A stretch of DNA of 64,000 nt from Squalus acanthias (lineage: Eukaryota). The stretch lies in the NCBI GenBank assembly GCA_030390025.1, contig CM059431.1, positions 153,824,001-153,888,000 of the forward strand. The letters are read 5' to 3'. The notes under the pieces were generated by a model. It was not told the DNA's origin, made no database searches, and was given only the letters and a program-made list of their open reading frames with translations. Position numbers and translations under genes: made by a program. This document shows positions 12,200-25,390 of this stretch, piece after piece; within the stretch, counting starts at the first letter, position 1, and each line of letters begins with the position of its first letter.

Positions 12200-15100
12200 A
12201 TTCATTAATGTCCTTAAGGGAAGGAAATCTGCAGTCCTTACCTGCTCTGGCCTATATGTGTTTCCAGACACAAAGCAACGTGATTGACACTTAACGGCCC
12301 TCTAAAATGACCTAACAAGTCCCTCATTGTAATAAACAACTACGAAAATCAATAATAAGAATATAACCAGACGGATCACACTTCATTGGCCAAGGCACCG
12401 GATTCGCACACGAAAAAGGCTACTTAGCCTAGACGACCTTGCATGTTCCTCCTCACTAACATCTGGGGAGTTGTGGCAACATTCGGAAAGATGTCCCACA
12501 GACTGTTCAAGTAACAGCCTGACATATTCATGCTCAAAAAATCATACCTTTCATCCAACGTTCCAGAGTGCTCCATCAACGCTTCCACATCGTTACTTCT
12601 GTCCCCCAACGATCTATCCTTGGCCCCTTTCTATTTCTCATCTACATGCTGCCCCTTGACGACTTTATCCGAAAACATAGCGTCAGTTTCCACATGTAGA
12701 CTAGCGACACCCAGCTCTAACTTATCAACACTTCTCTAGACCTCTCCACGGTCTCTAAATTGTCAGACTGCTTATCCGGCATCCAGTTCTGAATGAGCAG
12801 ATTTTTTATCCAATTAAATATTGGGAAGACCAAAGCCGTTGTTTTCAGTCCCCACCACAAACTCCGTTTTCCAAGCCATTTACTTCAGCCCTCTCCCTAA
12901 CATCTATCTGAGGCTGAACCACACTTATTGCATACTCGGTGTCATATTTCCCCCTGAAATGAACTTCCAACCACATATCCACAGCATAACTAAGAATGCC
13001 TATTTCCACCTCTGCAGCATCGCCACTGAATGGATTGTATCTAACTTATCGAAAAAGAACTCCATGAGCTCCTCACACTGGTTGTTGTATGTGAAGATGG
13101 AGGAGAGAGGAGAGTTTGATTTATGATGACGGTTAGCAGTAGAGAGTAGAAGCCAGGGTTTATCTTCGCAATCCAGATTGATTCATAACAGTGAGCAGTT
13201 TTGGCAGACGTGAGCAGGACCCCATAATGCCTTATGCGTTCCAGACAGATCTTGTTCAGCTGATGAAACAGTACTCCTCCACGTTAAATACCACTTGGGA
13301 GAAGCTCTGTTGGTAGTAAGGGCACTGAACGTAGTCCGGCTTGAGGACTCCAATGTCCTTCAACAAAAGTGGCTCGGTAGCATGACTACTGACAGTGCTC
13401 TCTGTGTCCTGAAGGATATAGCTGCAAGATTTAGCCTGATGCTAATGGTGAGAGAATCAACAGTAGGGAGAAACCTACTTGACCCCCTCCTCGTCAATAT
13501 AACTGTCGCAGATGCAGCTTTCAATGAGAGTATATTTAAGAGTTACTACCGCACAATCTATGTGGAGACAAAGTCTCGTCTTCACACTGAGGACACGCTG
13601 CATCGTGTTGTGTAGCTCTACTATCCTGCTAAATGGGACAGATACAGAACAGATCTAGCAGCTCACAACTGGGTATGCAAACTCATGGCCCGGCATATCC
13701 ATCACAGTACCCTTACTAGCAATTCAGGGTACCAATCCCGGTTCAATGAGGAGTGCAGACGAGCATGCCAGGAGTTCCTAAAAATGAGTTGCCAAACTGG
13801 TGAAGCTACAAAACTACATGGGCCTTGAATTTGTTGTTGGATGCATACCTCCTGAGTATGCGTTCGAACCTTGAAATATTTCTGTACTTACCTCCTCGCT
13901 CCACAGCTGTAGAGAGCTCTCATCTCGGGCCTGCAGATATTTGCCTGCATGAAGGCCCTAGGATCCCAGAGGCAAACGCGGTTATCAAGCCACCCTTGGA
14001 TCACGTGGGCCTGGCCAACCAATCAGAAAGGGGGATTCCTATGATGTTTAGGGTAAGTCCATTTAGGGTTGTGCAGCTCTGCTACGGAATCCCCATAAGC
14101 AACTTGGAAATCCCCAAATAAATAAAAAAATCACAACACATAAACAAAAAATATATGTTCCCATGTTCAAAATTAATTACAAGACCATTTAATTGTGCAT
14201 TTAAATAAAAAAATAACTTTTTGAAAAATATATTTAATCATTTTTAAACGTGTCAAAATTTACCTAAATAAATTTTAAATGAATGTGTATGTTTTAAGCA
14301 TTTAAACAATTTAATTGAAACATTTATTTTAAATCTTATGCTGGTAAAAGAAGGCCTGACGCCTACCAGGCATAAGGGTTTCGTGGGCTTTCGGTGGGCA
14401 ATAGTTGTACAAATTGGTCAACTCTGCACCAGCGAGTATTTTGCAGTGAATGTGAGTGGACTATCAATGCGAATATTGACAGATATTGTCACGTAATTTC
14501 CGATAGGAGGCTTCCTGTGTGCGCATACCTCCTATCGGAAAAAGACTTGCGCTCTTACCTGAGGGCTCACGAGGTTCGGACACTTCCGATGCTGGGCCGC
14601 TCCACAGTCGAAATGCGCAGTGCCCACATATCCCAGGGGCGCTTGAGGTTCGTAAGCGTCCCTGGAATCACGTGTGCCAAGCGAGCCAATGAAGGATGGG
14701 AATTCCCATGACTGTTCGCATGACTGAAACCGGCATTTCCGATATTCCTACGGGTGTGTATACAGCTCGTACACACCATTCGTCATCGGAAAATACGGGC
14801 CAATATGTTCCAGGTTTTCGCGCATGTGCAGCACATGCAGAAAATCTGAAACTTGCTGGGCCTTTCAGAAGTCTTCCGACTGCTCACGCTGAGTGTACCC
14901 TGCCGAAACCACCGTCATTTCAGGCCCTACATTCTTGCTAAACAGCGGAAGCAGCAGTCCATATACACAACTAAGCAATTGCACAAACAACGGTTGGGAT
15001 AAAAGCTCTGCCATCCTGCCACGTCCAGTCGTGAATGGTGGTGGACAATTGCGGAACTAACAGCAGGAGAATGCGGAGCTCAGTACCTGAGTGCAAAAAG

Positions 15101-15390
15101 TCAGGACCGAATTCCGACCATCTACATCCTGGTGTTTTCCATTGACCAGAAACTTAACTGGACCAACCACAAAATACTGTGGCTACAAGAGCAGGTCTGA
15201 GGTTGGGTAGTCTGCGGTACTGGCTCACATTCTGATTCCCCAAATACTTTACATTAGCTACAAGGCACAAGTCGGGATGTGATGGAATAATCCCCACTTT
15301 CTTGGATGAATGTAGCTCCAACAACACTCGAGAAGGTCGACACCATCCAGTACAATGCAGCCCGCTTGATTGGCACCCCTTCCACCACCT
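12200..15390 (+). mobile_element. Nested decayed LINE fragments (CR1/L2 clade; L2-like RT piece ~12600-13030), interrupted by a MITE
   Basis: L2-like ctatttctcatctacatgctgcccctt...gtttccacatgta...gacacccagctct; endonuclease-like residues in ORF 13295-13615. Confidence 0.55.
13820..14927. mobile_element. Composite/nested MITE (Harbinger-like)
   Basis: Ends gggccttgaattt...tttcaggccc; internal piece to ~14802 ends in ggaaaatacgggcc and shares family motifs. Confidence 0.55.
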
Positions 15391-15655
15391 TAACCAGTCA
15401 GCTCTGCTCAGAGACAGGCCCCAGTTTTATCCAGTGACCCCAGGGCAGTCGATCGGCTCGTTATCAGAACTGAACAGACCTTCCTCACTTTTCCTTGCAC
15501 CAGACACCGAACAATATCAGAAACTTCACACTTACACTCAGGATCTAAACAATGATACTCTGATGCAGCTTTGTTGTGCTGATCATTGAAATCAACTTCT
15601 TTTCAAATTCATCCAAACCATCAAATATCGGAAACACACTTCTGTTATTGTTTTA
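15390..15655 (-). pseudogene. NLR (NACHT) pseudogene fragment: Walker B to sensor-1
   Basis: Reads IFDGLDEFEK/[frameshift]VDFNDQ...CLDPECKCEVSDIVRCLVQGK...CSVLITSRSTALGSLDKTGACL*AELTG. Confidence 0.85.
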
Positions 15656-15695
15656 GCCTGGTTCATGGAGATAGCCTAAAGGAAATCGAGAGATC

Positions 15696-15880
15696 TGCCT
15701 AGAAATCCGTTGCGGCCGTTGAAGCAAAGCTAGCGGTATCGGATCGGCTGCCTGTTATACGCAGCGCCTGATATTCAGTTCTATTGCAGTCAATGGAGCT
15801 GAAATCAGACACTGCGTATAACAGGCGGCCGACCCGATACCGCCCGTTTATCGCCACCGCCCGAGACAAATTTCTAGGCC
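15696..15880. mobile_element. Short MITE (~185 bp)
   Basis: TIRs gcctagaaat / atttctaggc flanking a GC-rich core. Confidence 0.65.
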
Positions 15881-17032
15881 AATTAATTTTCATGGTCAGC
15901 AGTTCAACCATGTCTTCCTTTTTAAACTTCAAGAATAGTATAAAACGGGAAAGATCACATGTCTGAACCAAGTGATTCTTGATTCATGCCCATTTTTTCT
16001 CAGAATTATCTTTGGAGAGTCTGGAAAGAAGAGAATCATTTAGAAATTGAACAATTATTTACCTGGGTGCACTTAATTGTCTTGTGAACTTGGTGTTCTT
16101 TGAGGAGGAAAGACGATAATATTTGAAGAAATATTTTGGAGAGGAAAAATGTGCAGCTGAACTCTTTGCTTACGTTGTGGACATTACTACCCTATACATC
16201 CTGTACATTAATCTTCGCTACTGTCGCATTCTTTGTTCTACTCTGGGGCCTCTCTTGAAACAGCGCAAATGAGTCGATGCACAGCTGGATGAAACTATCT
16301 CTGATCTATTTTTAAATGACATCGCTGGTCTTTTAAACAATGAGGGTATGATGTTCAAAACCAACGCGCACTTTTAGAAAAAATAGTGCGATTGTTAATG
16401 GAGGTTTGTGGTATTTTATTGAGATCATTTTAGTAGCCACGGTATCAAAACTTCGCAGATCACCAAAGGTATTATGATGGATATTCTGGTGAAAGATACC
16501 ACTACCAAGACTGTTGACCACACATTCTCTCACCTCTCCACCAAATAGTTTCTCGCAGCTCTCTCAATCCTTCTGAACCCACTCCACAAGTTATGAAACA
16601 CATTCTGGATAACGCTTACAGTAACAGTGATGGTCGTTTGGAGATATTTCTTCATTAATATCTCCTCGCCTTCTCCAGGATGATTTGGGTTCATTTCTTC
16701 ATAGTTCAGCCAAGTAGATCAAAGCTATGCTGAATGCGCCGCTGGTACAAACTTTTAAAAAACGTGCACAATCCCGAGAACAAAATAACCCTCCTGGACA
16801 CATTCTATCTCCTGTATGAATTTCAGGACAAGAACCGAATGTGAGAGTTATTTAGATCAATGAAGAAAATGGAATTATTTGGTGTTGCATTGTAATTGAT
16901 ACACTGCAGAGTACTACCGATATTCTTAGAGCCCTGTGAGATGATCGAGGAAGTGGAGCTTGTTTACATTGCCATTGAAACTGAACACATCCAGAGGATT
17001 CTACTAGTGTTACACAAATGCTAAAAGCTCTG
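15881..17032 (+). pseudogene. NLR (NACHT/HD1/winged helix/HD2 to first LRR) large-exon pseudogene
   Basis: Reads QQFNHVFLFKLQE*, FEEERR*YLKKYFG...YCRILCSTLGP, HTFSHLSTK*FLAA, DGRLEIFL, LLDTFYLLYEFQ, IQRILLVLHKC*KL, then a GT donor at 17033; many stops and frameshifts. Confidence 0.85.
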
Positions 17033-17456
17033 GTATTTTTACCAATTCTGGAAAAATCCATTATTGTTTGCTGAATTATAGCCATCCAAACGTGAGGGAG
17101 TAATATTGGACATGAGCGGGAGCACAGAACAGCTGGAATCGCATCTGTCGCACGTTATACTTTGGCCTCAATAGAACTGTATATGCGGCATCTCGTAAAG
17201 CGGGGAAAAAATGCGATTCCACCTGTTTTACGTCATCGCCCATTTCCAATTTGTCCATGATTTCTAGCTTTCCTTTAGGAATACTGCTTGAACCAATATA
17301 AAACATAAACTGAGTTGTGATTATGGAAATGACTTGGGAAGAAAACAAATTTGAAATCTGTACATTACACGTCGTATAAAGTTGTACTAGAACCCAACCA
17401 GCTTGGACAAAATGTAGACAGTGCTTAAAAGCTATCCCGTAAACTGCTAGAACATT

Positions 17457-18193
17457 GGTGCAGAAATTCCAATCCCTACGGGTGGGTACGCTCTGTGTAC
17501 TCACCCGTAGGGACATCGGAAATGCCGGTTCCAGGCATGCACTGTGCATGCGCTGTAAACCGGCATTTCCGATCTGTCAAGAAAGCTCTTGACAGATCCT
17601 CCGGCTGCCCTGGAGAAGGGCCTTTGCGTGATGAGATTTTCGTTTTTTAGAGACCCTCCGCCCGCAGAAAATAATTACAATTCTTGCGCCTGCTAAGAGA
17701 ATTACCAGGAAAAGTGTTGAAAAAAGTGAAAAAAAAATTCTCCACTGACTTATTTAAAAATACTCCAAAAAGGTAAGTTTATGTTTTAGCACCGTTAAAA
17801 ACTTTATATATTTTTTTCAAACATGTAAATTTTTGTTTAAAATAGTTAATTTATGTAATTTCAACTCATTTTAAAAATGTGATTTTTAAAAACAATGTAT
17901 TTAAAGTTTTACTATGTTTTGGGGTTGATCTCTATTCATATATTTGACAGGTCGTCCCGTCAAATGTATGAAGGGAGATTCCCTTCTCTGATTGGCTGCC
18001 CATGGCCCACGTGATCCCAGAGACCCTGCGATCCGCCTGCGCCCCTGGGATACGTGGGCCCCACAGACCGGCAGTTTAGCGAGGCCCAGCAGTGGAACTC
18101 TGCGCCTCCCGGGAGCCCTCCGGTCTTGGCGCAGATTTTTCGAGATCGCAGCACTCCGCCCGCGGGAGGCCTGCAATCGGAATTTCTGGGCCA
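17457..18193. mobile_element. MITE with ~18-bp imperfect TIRs (Harbinger-like)
   Basis: tggtgcagaaattccaat ... atcggaatttctgggcca; GC-rich arms, AT-rich core, internal hairpin 17476-17513. Confidence 0.75.
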
Positions 18194-18289
18194 ATGCCTT
18201 CCAACGAATAACCACAGACATGAGTTATTTCACAAAATCATTATTTGTCCTGAGACTGCATTTCGTGAATTCCTGCATTTAGGTCTCAT

Positions 18290-18935
18290 TGCCCCGTATC
18301 TTCCGATACACACCCGTAGGGACATCGGAAATGCCGGTTTGAGGCATGCGAAAAGCAAGCGCTGAAAACCGGTATTTCCGAGCTGTCGGACGCCTGCCCT
18401 GGAGAAGAGCCTCTGCGGTGGAGAGTTCCGCTTTCTGCAGAAATGTTACGCCTGGTAAAAGTTAAAATAAAAATGTTGACTCATTTATAATTTAAAATTA
18501 CTTTTAAAAATGTTATGTTTATTTTTAGCCCCGTAAAAATCCTTAATTTTTTTTTTTGAAAGAATTACATTTTTGTTTAAAATATTTAACTTGATGTAAT
18601 TTTTAATCATTTTAAAAACGTGATGTTTTATTTTAATTTATTTAATGTTTTAGTGTCTTTTATTCAGTGATTCCCTTTCATACTTTTGACAGTTCTTTCT
18701 TTCAAAAGTAAAAAGAGGGTTTCCCTTCTTTCATTGGCTAACCTGGCCCACTTAATCCCAGGGACGCTTGCGAACCGCATGCGCCCCTGGGATATATGGG
18801 CCCTGCGCATTTCGTCTGTGGAGAGGCCCAGCATCGGAAGTGTCCGGAACTCGTGAGCCCTCAGGTAAGTGCGTAGATTTCTTTCCCGTTTGGAGGCATC
18901 CACACTCAGGCAGCCTCCAGCGGAAATGACGGGCC
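18290..18935. mobile_element. MITE family copy
   Basis: cccgtatcttccg...cggaaatgacgggcc ends; similar to 17457-18193 and 14480-14802. Confidence 0.65.
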
Positions 18936-19110
18936 TTAAATCTGTGTGCTCTGGTTCTCGACCATTCCGAAAATGGGAACAGTTTCTCTCTATTTACTCT
19001 GTCTGGACCCCTCATGATTTTCAACACCTCTATCAAATCTCCTCTCAACCTTCTCTGCTCCAAAGAGAACAACACCAGCTTTCTACTCTATCCACGTTAT
19101 TGGATTCCAT

Positions 19111-19548
19111 CATAGAAACATAGAAACATAGAATCTAGGAGCAGGAGTAGGCCATTCGGCCCGTCGAGCCTGCTCCGCCATTCAATACGATCATGGCTGA
19201 TCATCCAAATCCAGTACCCTGTCCCTGCTTTAATCCCCACAGTACACATATCCCACCCTACCCCCGTAACCCCACGTATTTAATTCCCCCTAACATATCC
19301 CATCCTATCCCCATAACTCCACATATTTAATCCCCCCTAACACTAAGGGTCAATTTATCATAGCCAAATCAACCTAACCCACACATTTTTGGACTGTGGG
19401 AGGAAACCGGAGCACCCGGAGGAAACCCACGCAGACACGGGGAGAATGTGCAAACTCCACACAGACAGTCACCCGAGGTCAGATTCGAACCCGGGTCTCT
19501 GGCGCTGTGAGGCACCAGTGCTAACCACTATGCCACCGTGTTGCCCCC
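19111..19548 (-). mobile_element. tRNA-derived V-SINE (HE1-like) with CR1-type 3' tail
   Basis: Minus strand: A box ggtggcatagtgg, B box gggttcgaatct, V-domain tgtgtggagtttgcacattctccccgtg, (ttctatgt)n tail. Confidence 0.85.
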
Positions 19549-19809
19549 GGAACCATTCTCGGAAAAATTTGCTGCACCCTCTCTAAGGCCTTCAAATCGT
19601 TCTTAAAGTGCGGTGCCCAGAATTGGGCGCAATACTCCAGTTGAATCCAAACCAGTGTTTTATAAAGTTCATGATAACTACCTTGCTCATGTGTTCCATG
19701 CCTCTAGTTATGAAGCCCAGGATCCTGTATGCTCTTCGAACCGCATTCTCAATCGACTCTGCCATTTTCAACGAAATGTGTACACATACCCCTTTCTCTC
19801 GGAAATAGT

Positions 19810-19950
19810 CAGCAGGTCAGGCAGCATCTGTGGAGAGAGAAACAGAGTTAACGTTTGAGATCGATGACCCTTCGTCAGAACTGGCGAAGGGTCATCAACC
19901 TGAAACGTTAACTCTGTTTGTCTCTCACAGATGCTGCCTGACCTGCTGAG
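19810..19950. repeat. Penelope-derived inverted repeat with hammerhead-like cores
   Basis: cagcaggtcaggcagcatctgt...acagatgctgcctgacctgctg arms; CTG(A/G)CGA-agggtcatc-..-(G/C)AAAcgtt on both strands. Confidence 0.7.
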
Positions 19951-21329
19951 TATTTCCAGCATTTTCTGTTTTTATTGCAGATTTCCAGCATCTGCAGTTT
20001 TTTGCTTTTGTACCCCTAGATCTCTCTGTTCATGCACCTCTTTAGAATTGTAATCTTTAGTTTATGTTGCCTCTCCTCGTTCTTCCGACCAAAATATATC
20101 ACATCACACTTTACTGCGTAAAATTTCATCTGCCACGTGTCCGCCCATTACACTAGCTTGCTTATGTGTTCTTAAAGTCTATGATTATCCTCGTCACTTT
20201 TTACTATACTTCCAAGCTTTGTGTCATCTGCAGATATCGAAATTGTGCCCTGTACACACATGTCCAAGTCATTAATATATATCCAGAAAAGCAGTGGTCC
20301 TAGCACAGACCCCTGGAGAACATCACTGTATACCTCCCTCCAGTCCCAGAAACAACCGTTCACTACGACTCTCATTTCTTGTCACTTTGTCAATGTCGTA
20401 TCTAACCTGCCACTGTCCCTTTTATTACATGGACTTCAGCTTTGCTGGCAATCCTATTATCTGTCACTTTATCGAACGCTGTTTGGAAGTCCATATGCAC
20501 AACGTGAGCCGCATTGCCCTCATCAATCCTCTCTGTTACCTCATCAAAATCCTCGATCAAGTTATTAAACACGATTTGCCTCTAACAGATCCGTTCTGGC
20601 TTTCTTTAATTAATCCTCATTTGTACAAGTGGCTGTAAATTTTTTCACTGATTATCGTTTCCAAAATACTTCCCCACTACTGAGGTTAACCTGACTGGCA
20701 TGTAGTTGCTGGTATTAGTTCACACACTTTTTTCAACAAGGGTGTAACATTTGCAATACTGCAGTCCTCTGGCACCACCGCTGTATCTAAGGGGGAATGG
20801 AAGATTATGGCCTCCGTTCTTTGAGTTCATCAACGAACTCGGTCAAGTAAGCCAAACACGATTTGCCTTTAACAAATCTGCACAGACTTTCATTTATTAA
20901 CCCATACTTTTTCCAAGTGCCAATTAATTTTGTCCGGATGTCTTAACGTTTCCCCACCCCCGAAATTAGACTGATTGGCGATAATTGACCGGTTTCTCTT
21001 CCTCCTTTTTTTGAACGGATTGTGTAACATTTGTCACACAGCAGTTATCTGGCGCCTCTCCCAAATCAGAGGAGCATTGGGAGATTATGGCAATAGACTC
21101 CGCAACTTCCACCCTTTTTCCCCTCAGCAAACATCCCGACAGGGCGATTTTTCTAGTTTCATTACTGAACACCTTTTTAGTACATGCACTTTAACCCCAT
21201 CTAAGTCTGCTTCGTTTTGTCCCCCTGTCTGATAGCTCTTATTTCTGAAATATTATTTTTCGTAATGCTGTTTGTCACTCCCAGTTCTCTGTGATTTTCT
21301 CTCTCCTATCTAATAATTCATTCTTGCCC

Positions 21330-21850
21330 CATCTATCTGTCAAATTAATTTATACCCTCCCCCACAAAACTAGTTAACCTACCAGAGACGATATTGCTCC
21401 CTGCCTGTTACAGTGCTACACTCCCATATTTTACAGAGTTATTCTGCACCATACCTGTTACAATGACCGAGGAATCTGAAGCCCACCCTCCGGTACCATT
21501 TCTCCAGTCGGGCTTTACCCGTTAATATTTTACTGCTCATATACTCACTAGCACGCAGCACTGCGTGTAATCCAGAGATTACTAACTTTTAAATCCTGTG
21601 CTTTAAACTTATTCCTACCTGCTAAAAATCTGTCTGTACGTTAGCAACCCTTTTCCTACCTACGTTATTGGATGCAACATAGACTACGACTTCTGGCTGT
21701 TCCGGTTCCGTCGCAACATGTTCTGCGCCTGTTTAGTGATGTCCTTTACCCTGGCATGAGGGAGGCAACATACCATACTAGAATCACGTCGGCGTTTGCA
21801 GAAAAGCCTGTCTATCTCCATGACCATCGAATCGCCTATGCCCAATTTAC
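21330..21850 (-). mobile_element. CR1 ORF1 (SGNH esterase) fragment
   Basis: IGDSMVMEIDRLFC...MVCCLPHARVKDI is homologous to ORF1 at 59831. Confidence 0.75.
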
Positions 21851-23071
21851 TTCTGAACTTTTCTGTGCCCCCTGTGAAGTAATTTGCCCCACTGCGCCGT
21901 GGATGTGCTCTGCAGTACATGACAACATTAACTGCACTTCAAAAAATAAGTAATTGAATGTAAAGCACTTTGGGACGTCCTGAGGTCGTGAAACCGCAAT
22001 GTGAATGCAATTTCTTTCTTGCTTTAGACTGCAATTCCCCGTGCTGTTGTCCGCATTGAAAATAAGTTTGAGACTGACACATTCCCGGGGGTTTCCTGTA
22101 TTCCCTGCCGTTCCTACCCAGCAGATGGCCACACTCTTACTGTACTTCAGAAACAAGAGTGATACTGATAATGGTGCAAAACGTCAAATTACATGGTCAA
22201 GTGTGCCTTCCGTTACCCTGAAACCTCCCTTAATGTTTCACTTTCCAATGAAGAGCACCAGATTTTGTCCGCAGCAGATTTTAAAAATATATATTCTAAA
22301 GTTATAAATTGGTATATTGTTACGCATTGGATACACTCTGGCAGAACTCTTGCACTTATTTGAAAGTTGCATTGAGGTTACCTTAAACGAGCACTTTTTG
22401 TGCTGAATACAAGAGTTTGCAAGTGTGTGGTGTTGTCTCGCAGGATTCAGTCAGGGGCCACTTATGTTTCTATTACTAATTTTAATATAGATCTTGTTCA
22501 ATACTTGCAGATGGTGTAAAAATGAAGTATTTATATCTTTCCTAACGTGATATATAGTTACCATTTAGGAAATTGAAAAAATAGATGTGCTAAAACTGAC
22601 ATATGAAATCAAGGTCTGTGTCAGTTAATACATACTTCTGAAATATCAGCTGCAATTGCACACTGAATTGAGGTAGATTCGGAGCTGTGGCGGAGCTGAG
22701 TGATGAAAGGGTACACGTTCACATGATATAAAAGGCAGCACCTCAGGTTGGTAAGACCGTAGAAAAATGAACTGTAGTCTAGGTTTAATTTCAAGTGTTA
22801 TAGAATAAAGAATTTCAGATAGTAATGTATTTATATAAACACTTAGTAAGACAGCCATTGGAGTAGTGTGTGTGCACAATTAAGCTATAGTCTTCAGGAA
22901 GGATATTCAGGTCTACAGAGCGTCAAATCAGATTTACTGGTATGCTAACTGATATCATCTAAACAGATACAAATGAAGACTTGGAAAGCTCCTTTTTCTC
23001 ATTAGAACCGCACATATTAAGAGTGATGTGATAGATATTTTTAAAATTATGAACTGTTGAGAAAAAATAGA

Positions 23072-23504
23072 TAGAAACATAGACATAGAAACTAGGAGCA
23101 GGAGTAGGCCATTCGGCCCGTCGAGCCTGCTCCGCCATTCAATACGATCATGGCTGATCATCCAAATCCAGTACCCTGTCCCTGCTTTAATCCCCACAGT
23201 ACACATATCCCACCCTACCCCCGTAACCCCACGTATTTAATTCCCCCTAACATATCCCATCCTATCCCCATAACCCCACATATTTAATCCCCCCTAACAC
23301 TAAGGGTCAATTTATCATAGCCAAATCAACCTAACCCACACATTTTTGGACTGTGGGAGGAAACCGGAGCACCCGGAGAAAACCCACGCAGACACGGGGA
23401 GAATGTGCAAACTCCACACAGACAGTCACCCGAGGTCAGATTCGAACCCGGGTCTCTGGCGCTGTGAGGCACCAGTGCTAACCACTATGCCACCGTGTTG
23501 CCCG
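23072..23504 (-). mobile_element. V-SINE (HE1-like), near-identical to 19111-19548
   Basis: Direct comparison; absent from the equivalent site in unit B (~28325). Confidence 0.85.
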
Positions 23505-23899
23505 TAGCAGGCTATTTTCATTAGCTGATGTATCACGAACAAAGGAGGTAATTAAGTTAACGTTTAGATTTTCCCAGTCCCACATAGAATTGAAGCCACT
23601 CCCAAACAGTTAGAATACGGATTAAATCAAAAGGTGAAATTACATCACCACAATTGAAGAAAACAGGCCGATGAAGCAACAAATTCACTTGTTTTCCGAA
23701 ACACATTTGCTGTTTAAGTTTCAGTACTTGAAACTCGGAGCCTGATACTCATGAGTGGGAACATCCTGATCAAGGCAGAGGCGTTAACACATCAAACAGA
23801 GACTTTCTGCCGGAGAATATAATCATTGCTCTTTTGTTAATAGGAAAACGAACCATGACAGCAATTGTACACAATCATGGCAATAAGTATTAGATTAGC

Positions 23900-25390
23900 A
23901 TAAGAACATAAGACATAAGAACATAAGAAAATAGAACATAAGACGTAGAAGCAGGAGTAGGTCATTTGGCCCCTCGAGCCTAATCCGCCATTCAATAAGA
24001 TCATGACTGATCTGATCTTGGCCTCAACTCCACTTCCCTGCCTGCTCCCCACAACCCTTCACTCCCTTACCTTTCAAAAATCTGTCTCTCTCCACCTTAA
24101 ATATATTCAATGACTCAGCCTCCACAGCTCTCTGGGGAAGAGAATTCCAAAGATTCACGACCCTCTGAGAGAAGAAATTCCTCCTCATTTCCGATTTAAA
24201 AGGGTGCCCCCTTATTCTGAAATAATGTCCCCTAGTTCTAGATTCCCCCACGAGTGGAAACATCCTCTCTGCCTCTACCCGTTCAATCCCCTTCAGAATC
24301 TAATATGTTTCAATAAGATCCACTCACATTCTTCTCAACTCCAATGAGTATAGGCCCAACCTGCTCAACATTTCTTCATAAGATAATCCCTTCATCTCCG
24401 GAATCAACCTCTTAAACCTTCTCTGAACTGCCTCCAACGCAAGTACATCCTTCCTTAAATAAGGAGACCAAAAATGTACGCAGTACTCCAGGTGTGGTCT
24501 CACCAACGCCCTGTACAGTTGTAACAGGACTTCCCTACAATTGTACTCCATTACCTTTGCAATAAAGGCCAACACTCCATTTGCCTTCCTAATTAATTGC
24601 TGTGCATGCATGCTAACTTTTAATGATTCATGTAGAAGGACCTCTTCTGATCGCTCTGTTCCTCAGCATTTCGTAAACTCTCTCCATTTTAATAATAATG
24701 GGCTTTTTTATTTTTTCCTACCAAAGTGGAAAACCTCGCATTTTCACACATTAATCTCCATCTGCCAAATTTTTGCCCACTTACTTGGCCTATCTATATC
24801 CGTTTGCAGATTATTTTCGTCCTCCACACAATTTGCTCCCACCTATCTTTGTATCATCAGCAAATTTGGCTACATTATACTAGGTACCTTCATCCAACTC
24901 ATTAATATAGATTGTTACTAGTTGAGGCCCCAGCACTGATACCTGAGGCACACCGCTAGCTAAGGTTTGGCAAGCTGAAAATGACCCATTAAACCCGAAT
25001 CTCTATTTTCTGTTAGTTAGCCAATCCATGCTAATATATTACCTCAAGCTCTGATTTTGTGTAGTGGCAACTTTCTGGTAATCCAAATACACGACATCTA
25101 CTGGTTCCCCTTTATCCACCCTGCTCGTTACTTCCTCAAAGAACTCCAGCGAATTTGTCAAACCTGATTTCCCTTTCATAAACCATGCTGACTCTGCTTG
25201 ATTATATTGTCATTTTCTAAATGTCCTGCTATCCCTTCTTTAATGACGGATTCCAACATTTTCCCAATGACAGATATTAGGCTAACTGATCGAAAGTTGC
25301 CTGCTTACTGTCTCCCTCCTTTCTTAAATAGGGGCGTTACATTTGCGGATTTCCAGTCCGCTGGGACCTCTCCAGAACCAGGGCATTTTG
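23900..25390 (-). mobile_element. CR1 LINE 3' portion
   Basis: ORFs KANGVLAFI...LVRPHLEYC and FFSQRVVNLWNSLP; (ttcttatg)n tail. Confidence 0.85.

Larger units (their letters stand above)
18936..21200 (-). mobile_element. CR1 LINE ORF2 fragments with nested SINE and hairpin
   Basis: ORFs LEQRRLRGDLIEV, QGSVLGPLLF...ADDTKLG, NYRQSV. Confidence 0.8.

Noticed and set aside
19480..19548. tRNA gene
   Set aside because: A/B boxes belong to the SINE head and continue into the V-domain.
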